Source: Nitrospirota bacterium (GTDB lineage Bacteria > Nitrospirota > JACRHL01). From it: a DNA stretch of 64,000 bases. The stretch is from the NCBI GenBank assembly GCA_029858285.1, contig JAOUFN010000002.1, forward strand, positions 9,842 to 73,841. Direction: 5' to 3'. Under the pieces are notes generated by a model. The model searched no databases. It was not told the origin of the DNA and saw nothing but the letters and a program-made list of their open reading frames with translations. Both the position numbers and the translations under genes were made by a program. Each line of letters begins with the position of its first letter. Position 1 is the stretch's first letter. Below, one piece after another: positions 9,560 to 19,230 of the stretch.

Positions 9560-11626
9560 ATGAACCAGACCAACACGGACAAATTCTGGGCTGCCCGGCT
9601 GCTGGAAATGCCCAGGATGGCCAAGCGCCTGCTGGCCCTGGCTGTGGATGGGGTCATGTGCGTGCTCACCGTGTGGCTCGCCCTCTATCTGCGTCTGGAG
9701 CAGTGGGTGACACCCCAGCCCGCGTACGAGGTGGCGGCAGCGGTGTCTATCCTGATCGGGTTGCCGCTGTTCGTGCGCTTCGGTCTGTACCGCGCCATTT
9801 TCAGGCATACCGGCTGGAACGCCATGCTGAGCCTGCTGCAGGCCATGGCGATATACACCCTGGGTTACGCCACGGTCTTTTCGGTAATCGGCGTGAACGG
9901 CGTGCCGCGCACGGTGGGCATCATTCAGCCCTTGTTGTTGATGGGGGGAATGGGGCTCACCCGCGTGATGGCGCGTTACTGGCTGGGCGGCATGTACCGT
10001 TCGGCCCTGCAACGGCAAAGCCTGTCAGGGGTGCTGGTGTACGGCGCCGGGTCCGCCGGGCGGCAGTTGGCCGCAGCCCTGTCCGGAGAGAGAGAGTACC
10101 GGCTGCTGGGCTTTCTGGACGACGACACCCGCCTGCATCACCACAGCCTGGACGGGCGGATGGTCTACTCCCCCGGGGAACTGGAACACCTGATCCCGAA
10201 GTTGAAGGTGACGGACGTCCTGCTGGCCATTCCGTCGGTCACCCACAAACGCCGCCTCGAAATTCTGGAAATACTGCGGCACTTTCCGGTACATGTCCGC
10301 ACCATGCCCAGCATGGCCGACCTGGCCTCTGGCCGCTTGCGCCTGAATGACATACGCGAACACATTACCGACCTGCTGGACCGCGAGATGGTCACCCCCA
10401 GCCGCCAGTTGCTCCACCGCAACACCTTCGGCAAAACCGTTCTGGTAACCGGTGCGGGTGGTAGCGTCGGCAGCGAACTGTGCCGCCAGATCGTCAAATG
10501 CCGACCCAAGGCCCTGCTGCTGGTGGACATGAGCGAGTTCGCGCTGTACCGGATCCACCACGAACTACAGGCCGAGCAGGAGGCACAGGGCTTCGCCTGG
10601 GGACCCGAACTGGTGCCGTTGCTTGCCTCCGCGTGCGACCCGACACGCATGCAGGAGATCATGCATACGTGGCACCCGCACACGGTCTATCACTCCGCCG
10701 CCTACAAGCATGTGCCACTGGTGGAGCACAACCCGGCGGAGGGGGTGCGCAACAACGTATGGGGAACCTGGATTTGCGCCCGGGCGGCGGCGCTGTGCGG
10801 GGTGGAAAGCTTCGTTCTCATCAGCACCGACAAGGCCGTTCGTCCCACCAACATCATGGGCGCCAGCAAACGTCTGGCCGAAATGGTGTTGCAGGGATTG
10901 GCCACCGCCGATTGGGAGCACCTGCCGGGTGACCAGCACCTCAACCCGACGCGCACCTGTTTCTCCATGGTGCGTTTCGGCAACGTGCTGGGTTCCAGTG
11001 GCTCGGTGGTGCCCCTGTTCCGCGAACAGATCAGGAACGGTGGCCCCATCACCATCACCCATCCCGACATCACCCGCTATTTCATGACCATCCAGGAGGC
11101 GGCCCAGTTGGTGATTCAGGCCGGCGCCATGGCCACCGGGGGCGACGTATTCGTGCTGGACATGGGCCAGCCGGTGCGCATTTACGACCTGGCGCGACGC
11201 ATGGTGCAGTTGTCCGGATTGACGGTGCGTGACGAGGCCCACCCCCACGGGAACATCGAAATCCAGATCACCGGCCTGCGGCCCGGCGAGAAACTCTACG
11301 AGGAGTTGCTGATCGGCGACAATCCCGAACCTACCCAGCACCCGCGTATTCTGAAGGCACATGAACACTGCCACAGTTGGGAAGTATTGCAGGATGAACT
11401 GCACACCCTGGAACTGGCGCTCAACAGGAACGATGTGCCTGTCATTCGCAACACCCTGCGCCAGTTGGTTCAGGGCTACGAACCCGCGAATACCGTGGTG
11501 GACTGGGTACACCTGGCCCACGAACGCGAGGAAATGGCGAAAACGTGGCGCGTCAAGCCCTCGCCCATCACCATGCCGCCCGGCCAGGATCCCTTCCCCA
11601 ACTCCAGACGACCGCTGGACACCTAG
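9560..11626 (+). CDS. UDP-GlcNAc 4,6-dehydratase, PglF/WbpM/CapD family
   Basis: N-terminal TM helices, YGAGSAG, VTGAGGSVGSEL, HSAAYKHVP, STDKAV, MGASK, VRFGNVLGSSGSV, GLRPGEKLYEEL. Confidence 0.93.
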   Translation: MNQTNTDKFWAARLLEMPRMAKRLLALAVDGVMCVLTVWLALYLRLEQWVTPQPAYEVAAAVSILIGLPLFVRFGLYRAIFRHTGWNAMLSLLQAMAIYTLGYATVFSVIGVNGVPRTVGIIQPLLLMGGMGLTRVMARYWLGGMYRSALQRQSLSGVLVYGAGSAGRQLAAALSGEREYRLLGFLDDDTRLHHHSLDGRMVYSPGELEHLIPKLKVTDVLLAIPSVTHKRRLEILEILRHFPVHVRTMPSMADLASGRLRLNDIREHITDLLDREMVTPSRQLLHRNTFGKTVLVTGAGGSVGSELCRQIVKCRPKALLLVDMSEFALYRIHHELQAEQEAQGFAWGPELVPLLASACDPTRMQEIMHTWHPHTVYHSAAYKHVPLVEHNPAEGVRNNVWGTWICARAAALCGVESFVLISTDKAVRPTNIMGASKRLAEMVLQGLATADWEHLPGDQHLNPTRTCFSMVRFGNVLGSSGSVVPLFREQIRNGGPITITHPDITRYFMTIQEAAQLVIQAGAMATGGDVFVLDMGQPVRIYDLARRMVQLSGLTVRDEAHPHGNIEIQITGLRPGEKLYEELLIGDNPEPTQHPRILKAHEHCHSWEVLQDELHTLELALNRNDVPVIRNTLRQLVQGYEPANTVVDWVHLAHEREEMAKTWRVKPSPITMPPGQDPFPNSRRPLDT

Positions 11627-11689
11627 CCCTGAACCCGCCGCCCGGTGAGTGCCACGAAACGCTCCACCCCTCCCGCGTGCCCGCCGCGC

Positions 11690-12739
11690 CTACGCCTTGC
11701 GCCGGGTTCCGCCCGTGCCTGTTCGTCTTGCCCCGTCGGCTCCCCCTGATCTCCCCGATTTCCCCGATTTTCCCGATCCTCCGGCCCTTGGATGGGCGGC
11801 CTCGTAGGCGGCGGTGAGCTGGGCCGTGGAGACGTGGGTGTAGCGCTGGGTGGTGGACAGGTTGGCGTGGCCGAGCAGTTCCTGAATCGCCCGCAGGTCG
11901 GCGCCGTTGTCCAGCAGATGGGTGGCGAAGGCATGGCGCAGGCCGTGGGGCGAGGTGGGGCGGAGCACCCCCGCCTCCGCCAGACGGCGCGACAGGATCC
12001 ACGCCAGCCCCCGGGTGGTCAGGCGGTTGCCCTCCCGGTTCAGGAACAGGGGCGCGCGCTTCGGCTCCCGGCGTCCGGTGGCGCGCCATGCGCTCCACAG
12101 GTTGAGGTAATCGGCCAGCGCCCGCGCGGCGCCGCCGCCGATGGGCACGATGCGCTCCTTCCGGCCCTTGCCCAGCACCCGGATCAGCCCCTCGCCGAGG
12201 CGCAGGTCCTGACGGTCCAGCCCCACCAGTTCGGCGGCGCGGACGCCCGCCCCGTAAAGGGTTTCGAAAATGGCCCGGTCGCGCACCGCCAGCCGATCGG
12301 CCGCAACGCCCTGCGGCGGAGTGGCGGACCCGCCGACGTCGGCGGGAGAATCCGCCGCTTCCCCCCCGCCGCCCGCCAGCAGGCGGTTCAGGTCATCCCG
12401 GCCCGGCAGGCGCGGCAGGCGTTCCGGCAGTTTGGGGCTGCGCACCCGGGCGCACGGATCGGTACTCACCTCGCCCCGGCCACGCAAGTCGGCAAACAGG
12501 CCGCGCACCGCCGCCAGCTTGCGGCCGGTGGAGGCGGCGGCCAGCCCGCGCCCCATGAGCCCGGCCATGAAGCCGCGCACCATGCCGGGGGTAACTTCTG
12601 CCGGGGCCGGAGCTTCGCCCTCGGCACGTGCCAGAAAGACGCGGAATTCGGCCAGATCACCGCCGTAGGCGCGCACCGTGTGGGCCGACATGCCGCGCCC
12701 GGCCAGCCGCTCCAGATATCCGGCGATGGCCCGCTCCAT
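11690..12739 (-). CDS. xerC: Tyrosine recombinase XerC
   Basis: R-K-H-R-H-Y set (YGAGVRAAEL, GKGRKER, PHGLRHAFATHLL, LLGHANLSTTQRY); canonical position after topA-trmFO; alternative start at 12829. Confidence 0.9.
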   Translation of the reverse strand: MERAIAGYLERLAGRGMSAHTVRAYGGDLAEFRVFLARAEGEAPAPAEVTPGMVRGFMAGLMGRGLAAASTGRKLAAVRGLFADLRGRGEVSTDPCARVRSPKLPERLPRLPGRDDLNRLLAGGGGEAADSPADVGGSATPPQGVAADRLAVRDRAIFETLYGAGVRAAELVGLDRQDLRLGEGLIRVLGKGRKERIVPIGGGAARALADYLNLWSAWRATGRREPKRAPLFLNREGNRLTTRGLAWILSRRLAEAGVLRPTSPHGLRHAFATHLLDNGADLRAIQELLGHANLSTTQRYTHVSTAQLTAAYEAAHPRAGGSGKSGKSGRSGGADGARRTGTGGTRRKA

Positions 12740-12801
12740 TTCAGAAGCCGGGGCGGCGTTCGGCGCAAAGTCCACCCCGGACTCCGGCCCCGCCCCCGCT
12801 C

Positions 12802-14160
12802 CTACGCCTGTTGCTGAGTCCCCGACCATTCCATCCCCCCCGCCCGCCAGGCCAGAAAGTCCTCCCGTGCCCGCTGGATGGCCGCCTCCCGTCGCTGGGC
12901 GCGGCTGCGCACCCGCGCCGCCGGGGGTGGAAACAGGCCAAAATTGATGTTCATCGGCTGAAAACGCTCCGCCCCCTGCGTCAGATAGCGCGCCAGCGCG
13001 CCGATGGCGGTACCTTCCGGCACTTGCAGGGGACTGTCGATACCTTGCACCCAGCGGGCGGCGTTGAGGCCCGCCAGCAGCCCCATGGCGGTGCTCTCCA
13101 GATAGCCCTCGACACCGGTGATCTGCCCCGCCAGCCAGATGCCGGGATGCCCCTTGAGCATCAGCCCCGGCTCCAGACAGGTGGGGGAGTGAACGTAGGT
13201 GTTGCGGTGGATCGCGCCAAAACGAAAAAATTCGGCGTTTTCCAGCCCCGGAATGGTGCGCAGCACCCGCTCCTGCTCCGGCCACGCCAGCTTGGTCTGG
13301 AAGCCCACCAGGTTGTAGTAGCTGCGCGCCAGGTCCTCCTGCCGCAGTTGCACCACCGCGTGGGGCATGCGGCCGGTGCGCGGGTCGGTCAGCCCCACCG
13401 GCTTCATCGGCCCGTGGGCCAGGGTTTCCGGGCCGCGCGCGGCCATCACCTCGATAGGCATGCAACCCTCGAAATAGATCGCCGGCTCCTCGAAGGCGGC
13501 CGCTTCCACGGTGCGCGCCGCCAGCAGGTCGCGGATGAACCCGGCATACTGCTCCGCATCCAGAGGGCAGTTGAGATAATCCCCCTCCGGGTCGTCCCCG
13601 GCGTCGTAGCGCGAGGCGCGGAACGCCACCTCCAGATTCACCGAATCGGCGGCCACGATGGGGCTGATGGCGTCATAAAAATACAGGCCGCGCTCACCGG
13701 TGGCCGCCCGGATCGCCTCCGCCAGAGCCGGGGCGGTCAGCGGGCCGGTGGCGATCACCGCCGGGGCCGGGGGCAGGCCGGTGATCTCCTCCCGCACCAG
13801 CCGGATGCGGGGGTGGGATTGAATGGCCTCGGTGACGCTGCGGGAAAAAACCTCCCGATCCACCGCCAGGGCCTTGCCCGCGGGCACCCGCGCGGCGTCC
13901 GCCGCGCGCAGGATCAGGGAGCCCAGGCCGCGCAACTCGGCCTTCAGTTCCCCCGCCGGGGTGTCGGGGGCGTCGGATTTGAGGGAATTGGAGCACACCA
14001 GCTCCGCCAGCCCCTCGCCGCGATGCGCCTCGGTGGGGCGCGCGGGGCGCATCTCGTACAGGGTGACCCTCAACCCCGCCTCGGCGGCCTGCCAGGCGGC
14101 CTCGGAACCCGCCAGCCCGCCGCCCACCACGGTCAGGTCAGTGGCGCCCGGTGTCGGCAC
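12802..14160 (-). CDS. trmFO: tRNA (uracil-54)-methyltransferase TrmFO (Gid)
   Basis: VVGGGLAGSEAAWQ, ELVCSNSL, YFYDAISP, YLNCP, FEGCMPIE, GAIHRNTY, AGQITGVEGY. Confidence 0.95.
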   Translation of the reverse strand: MPTPGATDLTVVGGGLAGSEAAWQAAEAGLRVTLYEMRPARPTEAHRGEGLAELVCSNSLKSDAPDTPAGELKAELRGLGSLILRAADAARVPAGKALAVDREVFSRSVTEAIQSHPRIRLVREEITGLPPAPAVIATGPLTAPALAEAIRAATGERGLYFYDAISPIVAADSVNLEVAFRASRYDAGDDPEGDYLNCPLDAEQYAGFIRDLLAARTVEAAAFEEPAIYFEGCMPIEVMAARGPETLAHGPMKPVGLTDPRTGRMPHAVVQLRQEDLARSYYNLVGFQTKLAWPEQERVLRTIPGLENAEFFRFGAIHRNTYVHSPTCLEPGLMLKGHPGIWLAGQITGVEGYLESTAMGLLAGLNAARWVQGIDSPLQVPEGTAIGALARYLTQGAERFQPMNINFGLFPPPAARVRSRAQRREAAIQRAREDFLAWRAGGMEWSGTQQQA

Positions 14161-16416
14161 CTAGGCGGCCTTCTTGGTGTATCCGCAGCCCTTGACCGGG
14201 CAGACCAGTCCGCCGCGCTTGACCACCAGGAACGGGTGTTCGCAGGTCGGGCACGGTTCCGCCACCGGCCGGTCCCAACTGGCGAAGTCGCACTTGGGGT
14301 AGTTGCCGCAGGAGAAGAACACCTTGCCCTTGCGGCTCTGCTTTTCCACCAGATCGCCGCCACACCCCTCCCGCGGGCATTTGACGCCGGTGGGGATGGG
14401 GCGCGTGGTCTTGCACTCCGGATAGCCGGTGCAGGCCAGAAAACGCCCAAAACGGCCATTCTTGATGGCCATCGGCTTGGCGCACTGGGGACAGGGGGTG
14501 CTGGTCACCTCGTCGTGGACGATCTCGATGCCGCGCTCGGACTCGCGGAACTCCTGGGTGTTCTTGCACTCGGGATAGGCGGAGCAGGCCAGAAAACGCC
14601 CGTGGCGGCCCCAGCGGATGACCATCTTCTGGCCGCACTGGTCGCAGTCGATGTCGGTGGGCACCTGCTCGCGCTTGATGTTGCGCATCTCCTCCTGAGC
14701 CGTTTCCATGTCCTTGTTGAACGGCACATAGAAATCCCGCACCGACTCCTGCCAGTTCTTCTTGCCGTGCTCCACCTCGTCCAGTTCCGCCTCCATGCCG
14801 GCGGTGAACTCCGGGTCCAGCACCTTGGGGAAGTGGGCCACGAGCAGGTCGTTGACCACCACCCCCAGGTCGGTGGGGTGCAGGCGCGATTCGCGCTTTT
14901 CGACGTACTTGCGGTCCTGGATGGTGGTGATGATGGTGGCGTAGGTGGACGGCCGGCCGATGCCGCGTTCCTCCAGCTCCTTGATCAGGCTGGCCTCGCT
15001 GTAGCGCGGCGGCGGCTGGGTGAAATGCTGTTTCGGCTCCAGTTCGCGGGCGGTCAGTTTCTGCCCTTCCTCCAGGGCCGGCAACACCCCCTCCTGCTCC
15101 TCGGCGGTTTCGTCCGGCTGAACTTTTTCGTCCTCCGGGTCCGCCACCGTCTCGCCGTAGGCGCGGCGCCAGCCGGGGAAGGTCAGCACCGAGCCGGTAG
15201 CGCGGAAGGTGGCGCGGCCGCACAGCAGGTCGGCGGCGGTATCGTCGTAGCGTGCCGGGGTCATCTGGCAGGCCACAAAACGCTCCCAGATCAGTTTATA
15301 CAGGCGGTACTGGTCGCGGCTCAGAGCCCCCGCCACCTGATCGGGGTGCAGCGTCACGTCGGTGGGGCGGATCGCCTCGTGGGCGTCCTGGGCCGAGGAC
15401 TTGGACTTGTAGACGTTGGGCTTGTCCGGCAGGTAGTCGGCGCCGTAGCTGGAGCGGATGAAATCCCGCGCCGCCTCCACCGCGTCCGGGGAGATGCGGG
15501 TGGAGTCGGTACGCATATAGGTGATGAGACCCACCGGCCCCTCGCTGCCCATCTCCACGCCCTCGTAAAGCTGCTGGGCGATGCTCATGGTGCGCTTGGG
15601 GGCAAACCCCAGACGGCGCGAGGCGTCCTGCTGCAACTGGCTGGTGATGAACGGCGCCAGCGCCTTCTTCTTGCGCTCCTTGCGGGTGACCGCATCCACC
15701 CGATAGGGGTGGTCGGCAAGTTCCGCCACCAGGGCGCGGGCGGGGCCTTCCTCGGTGAGCTTGACGGCCTTGCCGTCCAGCCTGGTAAAGCGTGCCTCGA
15801 AGGGCGGCGGCCCGGCAAAGCGGGCGGTGATGGACCACGACTCCTCGGGCACGAAGGCGCGGATCTCGGCCTCGCGCTCGGCCACCAGCCGCACCGCCAC
15901 GCTCTGCACCCGGCCCGCGGACAGGCCGCGCTTGACCTTGTCCCACAGCAGGGGCGACAGACGGTAGCCGACGATGCGGTCCAGCACCCGGCGCGCCTGC
16001 TGGGCGTTGACCATGTCGTCGTCGATGCGGGTCGGCTCTTCCAGACCTTGCAGGATGGCCTTCTTGGTGATTTCGTTGAAACGGACGCGGAATAGCTTGT
16101 CCTTGGCGTAGCCCGCGTCCTGAATCTCCTGGGCAATATGCCAGGCAATGGCCTCGCCTTCGCGGTCAGGGTCGGTGGCCAGATAGACGCGGGCGGCGTT
16201 GCGGGCGGCGCTGCGGATTTCGTCCAGCACCTTTTTTTTGCCGTGGATGGTGATGTAGTGGGGCTCGAAACTGCCGTCCACGTCGATGCCGATCTCGTCC
16301 TTGGGCAGGTCCTTGACGTGCCCGACGCTGGATTTCACGACAAAATCCTTGCCCAGATACTTCTGGATGGTGCGCGCCTTGGAGGGCGATTCGACGATGA
16401 GCAGTGACTTGGCCAT
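14161..16416 (-). CDS. topA: DNA topoisomerase I
   Basis: IVESPSKA, LATDPDREGEAI, SAGRVQS, ITYMRTDS, AHEAIRPT, GIGRPSTY, C-terminal Zn ribbons. Confidence 0.97.
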   Translation of the reverse strand: MAKSLLIVESPSKARTIQKYLGKDFVVKSSVGHVKDLPKDEIGIDVDGSFEPHYITIHGKKKVLDEIRSAARNAARVYLATDPDREGEAIAWHIAQEIQDAGYAKDKLFRVRFNEITKKAILQGLEEPTRIDDDMVNAQQARRVLDRIVGYRLSPLLWDKVKRGLSAGRVQSVAVRLVAEREAEIRAFVPEESWSITARFAGPPPFEARFTRLDGKAVKLTEEGPARALVAELADHPYRVDAVTRKERKKKALAPFITSQLQQDASRRLGFAPKRTMSIAQQLYEGVEMGSEGPVGLITYMRTDSTRISPDAVEAARDFIRSSYGADYLPDKPNVYKSKSSAQDAHEAIRPTDVTLHPDQVAGALSRDQYRLYKLIWERFVACQMTPARYDDTAADLLCGRATFRATGSVLTFPGWRRAYGETVADPEDEKVQPDETAEEQEGVLPALEEGQKLTARELEPKQHFTQPPPRYSEASLIKELEERGIGRPSTYATIITTIQDRKYVEKRESRLHPTDLGVVVNDLLVAHFPKVLDPEFTAGMEAELDEVEHGKKNWQESVRDFYVPFNKDMETAQEEMRNIKREQVPTDIDCDQCGQKMVIRWGRHGRFLACSAYPECKNTQEFRESERGIEIVHDEVTSTPCPQCAKPMAIKNGRFGRFLACTGYPECKTTRPIPTGVKCPREGCGGDLVEKQSRKGKVFFSCGNYPKCDFASWDRPVAEPCPTCEHPFLVVKRGGLVCPVKGCGYTKKAA

Positions 16417-16458
16417 TACCTACTTCTTAAACCAACCCGCGCCTTTGGGCAAGCGGCA

Positions 16459-17592
16459 TTACGCAACCGAAGGGGGGCGAATATACCGGTTACCGGGCAA
16501 TTTTTCCACCAGTCCCGCCAGTTCCAGCGCCAAAAGGTCCCCCAAAAGCCCCGGCACCGGGCGACCCACCCGTGCCGCCAGAGTGTCCACCGCCATCGGC
16601 ACCGTGTCCAGTTCCGCCAGCAACCGCCGCTGTTCCCCGGGCAACCCCGGCCAGCGTTCGGCGGGATCCTCGGCCACATTGTTGCCGGTGGCGGCCAGCG
16701 CCAGTTGCGGCAGCAGGTCGGCGATCAGGTCCGTGGGCGAGGTAACCAGCGTGGCCCCTTCGCGGATCAGGGCGTGAACCCCCGCCGAGCCGGGCTGGTC
16801 GATGTTGCCCGGCACCGCGTACACCGTCCGCCCCTGTTCCGCCGCCATGCGCGCGGTGATCAGGGAGCCGCTGCCCTTTTTCGCCTCCACCACCAGCACG
16901 CCGATGGACAACCCGCTGATGATGCGGTTGCGACGCGGGAAATTATGCCCCACGGGACGGGTTCCGGGGGGAAATTCGCTTACCACCGCCCCTTTCTCGG
17001 CGATTTCACGGAACAGGGTAATATTTTCCGGGGGATAGGGGATGTCCAGACCGGTGCCCATCACCGCCACCGTGTTGCCCCCCGACCCCAGTGTGGTGCG
17101 GTGCGCCATGCCGTCCACCCCCACGGCCAGCCCGCTGACCACGGTCACTCCGGCATCCACCAGGCTGCGGCAGAAATCCTGGGTCACCTGTCGGCCATAG
17201 GGGGTGATCCAGCGCGAACCGACCACGGCCACCGCCCGGCCAATGCGCGCCAGACCGTCCCCTTTCAGGTACAGGAGCGGCGGCGGATCGGCGATCTCCG
17301 TCAGCCTTTTCGGGTAGGCCGGGTCTTCCATGGCCAGCAGCCGCACCCCGCTCTGCTGTGCCCACTCCAGCAGCCGTTCCTCGGCAGCCGTGGGGCGTGC
17401 CTCGACAATCGCCTGCGCCAGCGCCGGAGACGCCTCCGCCTCGGCCATCAGCCGCTCCTCCCCGGCCGCCAGCACCGCCGCCGCGCTGCCGAACTGGCGC
17501 ACCAGCCGCGCATAGCCGATGGACCCCACGCCGCGCACCGCCGCCAGTGTCAGGGAGGCCCCCACATCCACCGCCGCACCGCTCACGGGCAC
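16459..17592 (-). CDS. dprA: DNA-processing protein DprA
   Basis: DPPPLLY, VAVVGSR, VSGLAVGVDG, FPRRNRIISGLS, SGSLITA, C-terminal winged helix. Confidence 0.95.
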   Translation of the reverse strand: MPVSGAAVDVGASLTLAAVRGVGSIGYARLVRQFGSAAAVLAAGEERLMAEAEASPALAQAIVEARPTAAEERLLEWAQQSGVRLLAMEDPAYPKRLTEIADPPPLLYLKGDGLARIGRAVAVVGSRWITPYGRQVTQDFCRSLVDAGVTVVSGLAVGVDGMAHRTTLGSGGNTVAVMGTGLDIPYPPENITLFREIAEKGAVVSEFPPGTRPVGHNFPRRNRIISGLSIGVLVVEAKKGSGSLITARMAAEQGRTVYAVPGNIDQPGSAGVHALIREGATLVTSPTDLIADLLPQLALAATGNNVAEDPAERWPGLPGEQRRLLAELDTVPMAVDTLAARVGRPVPGLLGDLLALELAGLVEKLPGNRYIRPPSVA

Positions 17593-19208
17593 CCACCGGC
17601 AGGGGCGTGGCCCTGCAGCCAGTCGCGCACCCGCTGCGCCACCTCGTCCGCAGTCTGGCTGCGGGTGTCCACCACCAGCGCCGTGGCCCTTTCAGGCCCC
17701 ACAAGGGGCTCCCCGTCGCGCCATTGCTGCTCCAACACCTCCAGAGTGGCATCGGAAAGGTCAACGCCAAGGGCGGCGCGTTTTGTGACCCGCTCCGCCA
17801 GCACCTCCGGGGAGGCCTCGCAGGACACGGTCAGACACGGCACCCCGGCGCGTTCCGCCACCTCCCGTGCTGCCTGCCGCCGGGCGGCCTTCAGGTAGGT
17901 GGCGTCCAGCACCACCGGAAATCCGGCCTCCAGCGCCTGTGCCGCCAACTGGTGCAGACGCTGATAGGTGGCGTCGGTGGTGGCGGCGCCGTACAACCCT
18001 TCTCCCACGGCGGCGGCGTGATGCTCCCGGCCCATCCCGGCCAGCCGTTTGCGTTCGGCATCGGAACGGATGCGCACCGCCCCCAGCCCCTCCACCAGCC
18101 GGTTGCTGAAATGGGTTTTGCCGCTGCCGGTCACGCCGTGCATCAGCGCCAGCCACGGACGGGGCGGACGGGTGTAGGCATCGGACAGCGCCACCCGCGC
18201 GCCCACGGTGGCGGTGCGGGTGGCGGCATCGAAGCCGGTGGCAACGGGGGTCAACGCCGCCACCTTGGCGCGCACCCAGGCGCGGTACGACAGGTACAGG
18301 GGCAAGAGGGCCAGCCCCGCGTAGTCGCCGCTGTGTTCCAGGTACAGGTTGAGGAAGCGCGCCCCCAGTTCGGGCCGCCCCCTGGCGTCCAGGTCCATGC
18401 GTGTAAACGCCACCTCGGCCATCACGTCGGTAAAGCGGAAGGCCGGATTGAACTCGATGCAGTCGAAAAGTTGCAGTTCGCCGTCCACCCACGCCGCGTT
18501 TTGCAGGTGCAGGTCGCCGTGGCACTCGCGCACAAAGCCGTCCGCCAGACGCGCCGCGATGCGTGCCTCCAGCGCCGCAAGGCGCGCCTCGCTCCACTCC
18601 CGCACGCGCCGAAAGGTGTCCGCCGGGATCAGTTCCGGCACAAAGCGCGCGGTCAGTTCGAAATTCGCCAGCACTGCGGCGCGCACCTGCTCCACGCCCC
18701 CCACGCCGTCCCCGGGCCGGGCCTGCGCCGCCCGGGCGTGGAATTTCGCCACCTGCCGGGCCATGGTGTCCACATGCGTCGGCTCCAGGGTGCCCGCCTC
18801 CAGCATGCGGTCCAGTTGTGCCGACTGGGGAAACTCGCGCATGCGCACGGCGTATTCCAGCGTCGGCTCCCCGGCAGGACCCGCATTTTGGCCACCGGCC
18901 TCTCCGTCAATCCGCACCCTGGGCGCCCGCTCGCTGCCGGTGATCGCCGCCACCCCCAGATACAGGGGCGCGGCCAGGCGCCGGTTGAGACGCACCTCTT
19001 CCGCGCAGAAATGACGCCGTTTTTCCAGCGTCGAGTAATCGACAAAGCCGAGATTCACCGGCTTCTTGAGCTTGTAAACGTACTCGCCGGTAAGAAACAC
19101 CAGGGAGATGTGGGTTTCGATCACACGCACCGGGACGGTTACCGGGTGGGGGTAGGCCTCGGGGCGGCAGAGCCCCTCACGCAGCGGATGCGCAGTGGAT
19201 GCGGCCAT
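17583..19208 (-). CDS. Aminoglycoside-phosphotransferase-like kinase fused to an AAA_33/P-loop domain
   Basis: ETHIS, KLKKPV, ECHGDLHLQN, FDCIEFN, Walker A GVTGSGKT, RSDAERK, VVLDATY. Confidence 0.85.
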   Translation of the reverse strand: MAASTAHPLREGLCRPEAYPHPVTVPVRVIETHISLVFLTGEYVYKLKKPVNLGFVDYSTLEKRRHFCAEEVRLNRRLAAPLYLGVAAITGSERAPRVRIDGEAGGQNAGPAGEPTLEYAVRMREFPQSAQLDRMLEAGTLEPTHVDTMARQVAKFHARAAQARPGDGVGGVEQVRAAVLANFELTARFVPELIPADTFRRVREWSEARLAALEARIAARLADGFVRECHGDLHLQNAAWVDGELQLFDCIEFNPAFRFTDVMAEVAFTRMDLDARGRPELGARFLNLYLEHSGDYAGLALLPLYLSYRAWVRAKVAALTPVATGFDAATRTATVGARVALSDAYTRPPRPWLALMHGVTGSGKTHFSNRLVEGLGAVRIRSDAERKRLAGMGREHHAAAVGEGLYGAATTDATYQRLHQLAAQALEAGFPVVLDATYLKAARRQAAREVAERAGVPCLTVSCEASPEVLAERVTKRAALGVDLSDATLEVLEQQWRDGEPLVGPERATALVVDTRSQTADEVAQRVRDWLQGHAPAGGCP

Positions 19209-19230
19209 GGGGGCAGCCGGGCGCGGCCCC

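Noticed and set aside
11690-12739. Tyrosine recombinase as an integrase bounding the polysaccharide cluster
   Set aside because: Sequence and position after topA-trmFO fit housekeeping XerC; no att sites seen
12628-16095. Very long antisense ORFs (1155 aa here; also 29100-31583 and 56760-59612)
   Set aside because: Stop-poor shadows of high-GC genes on the opposite strand with no recognisable motifs
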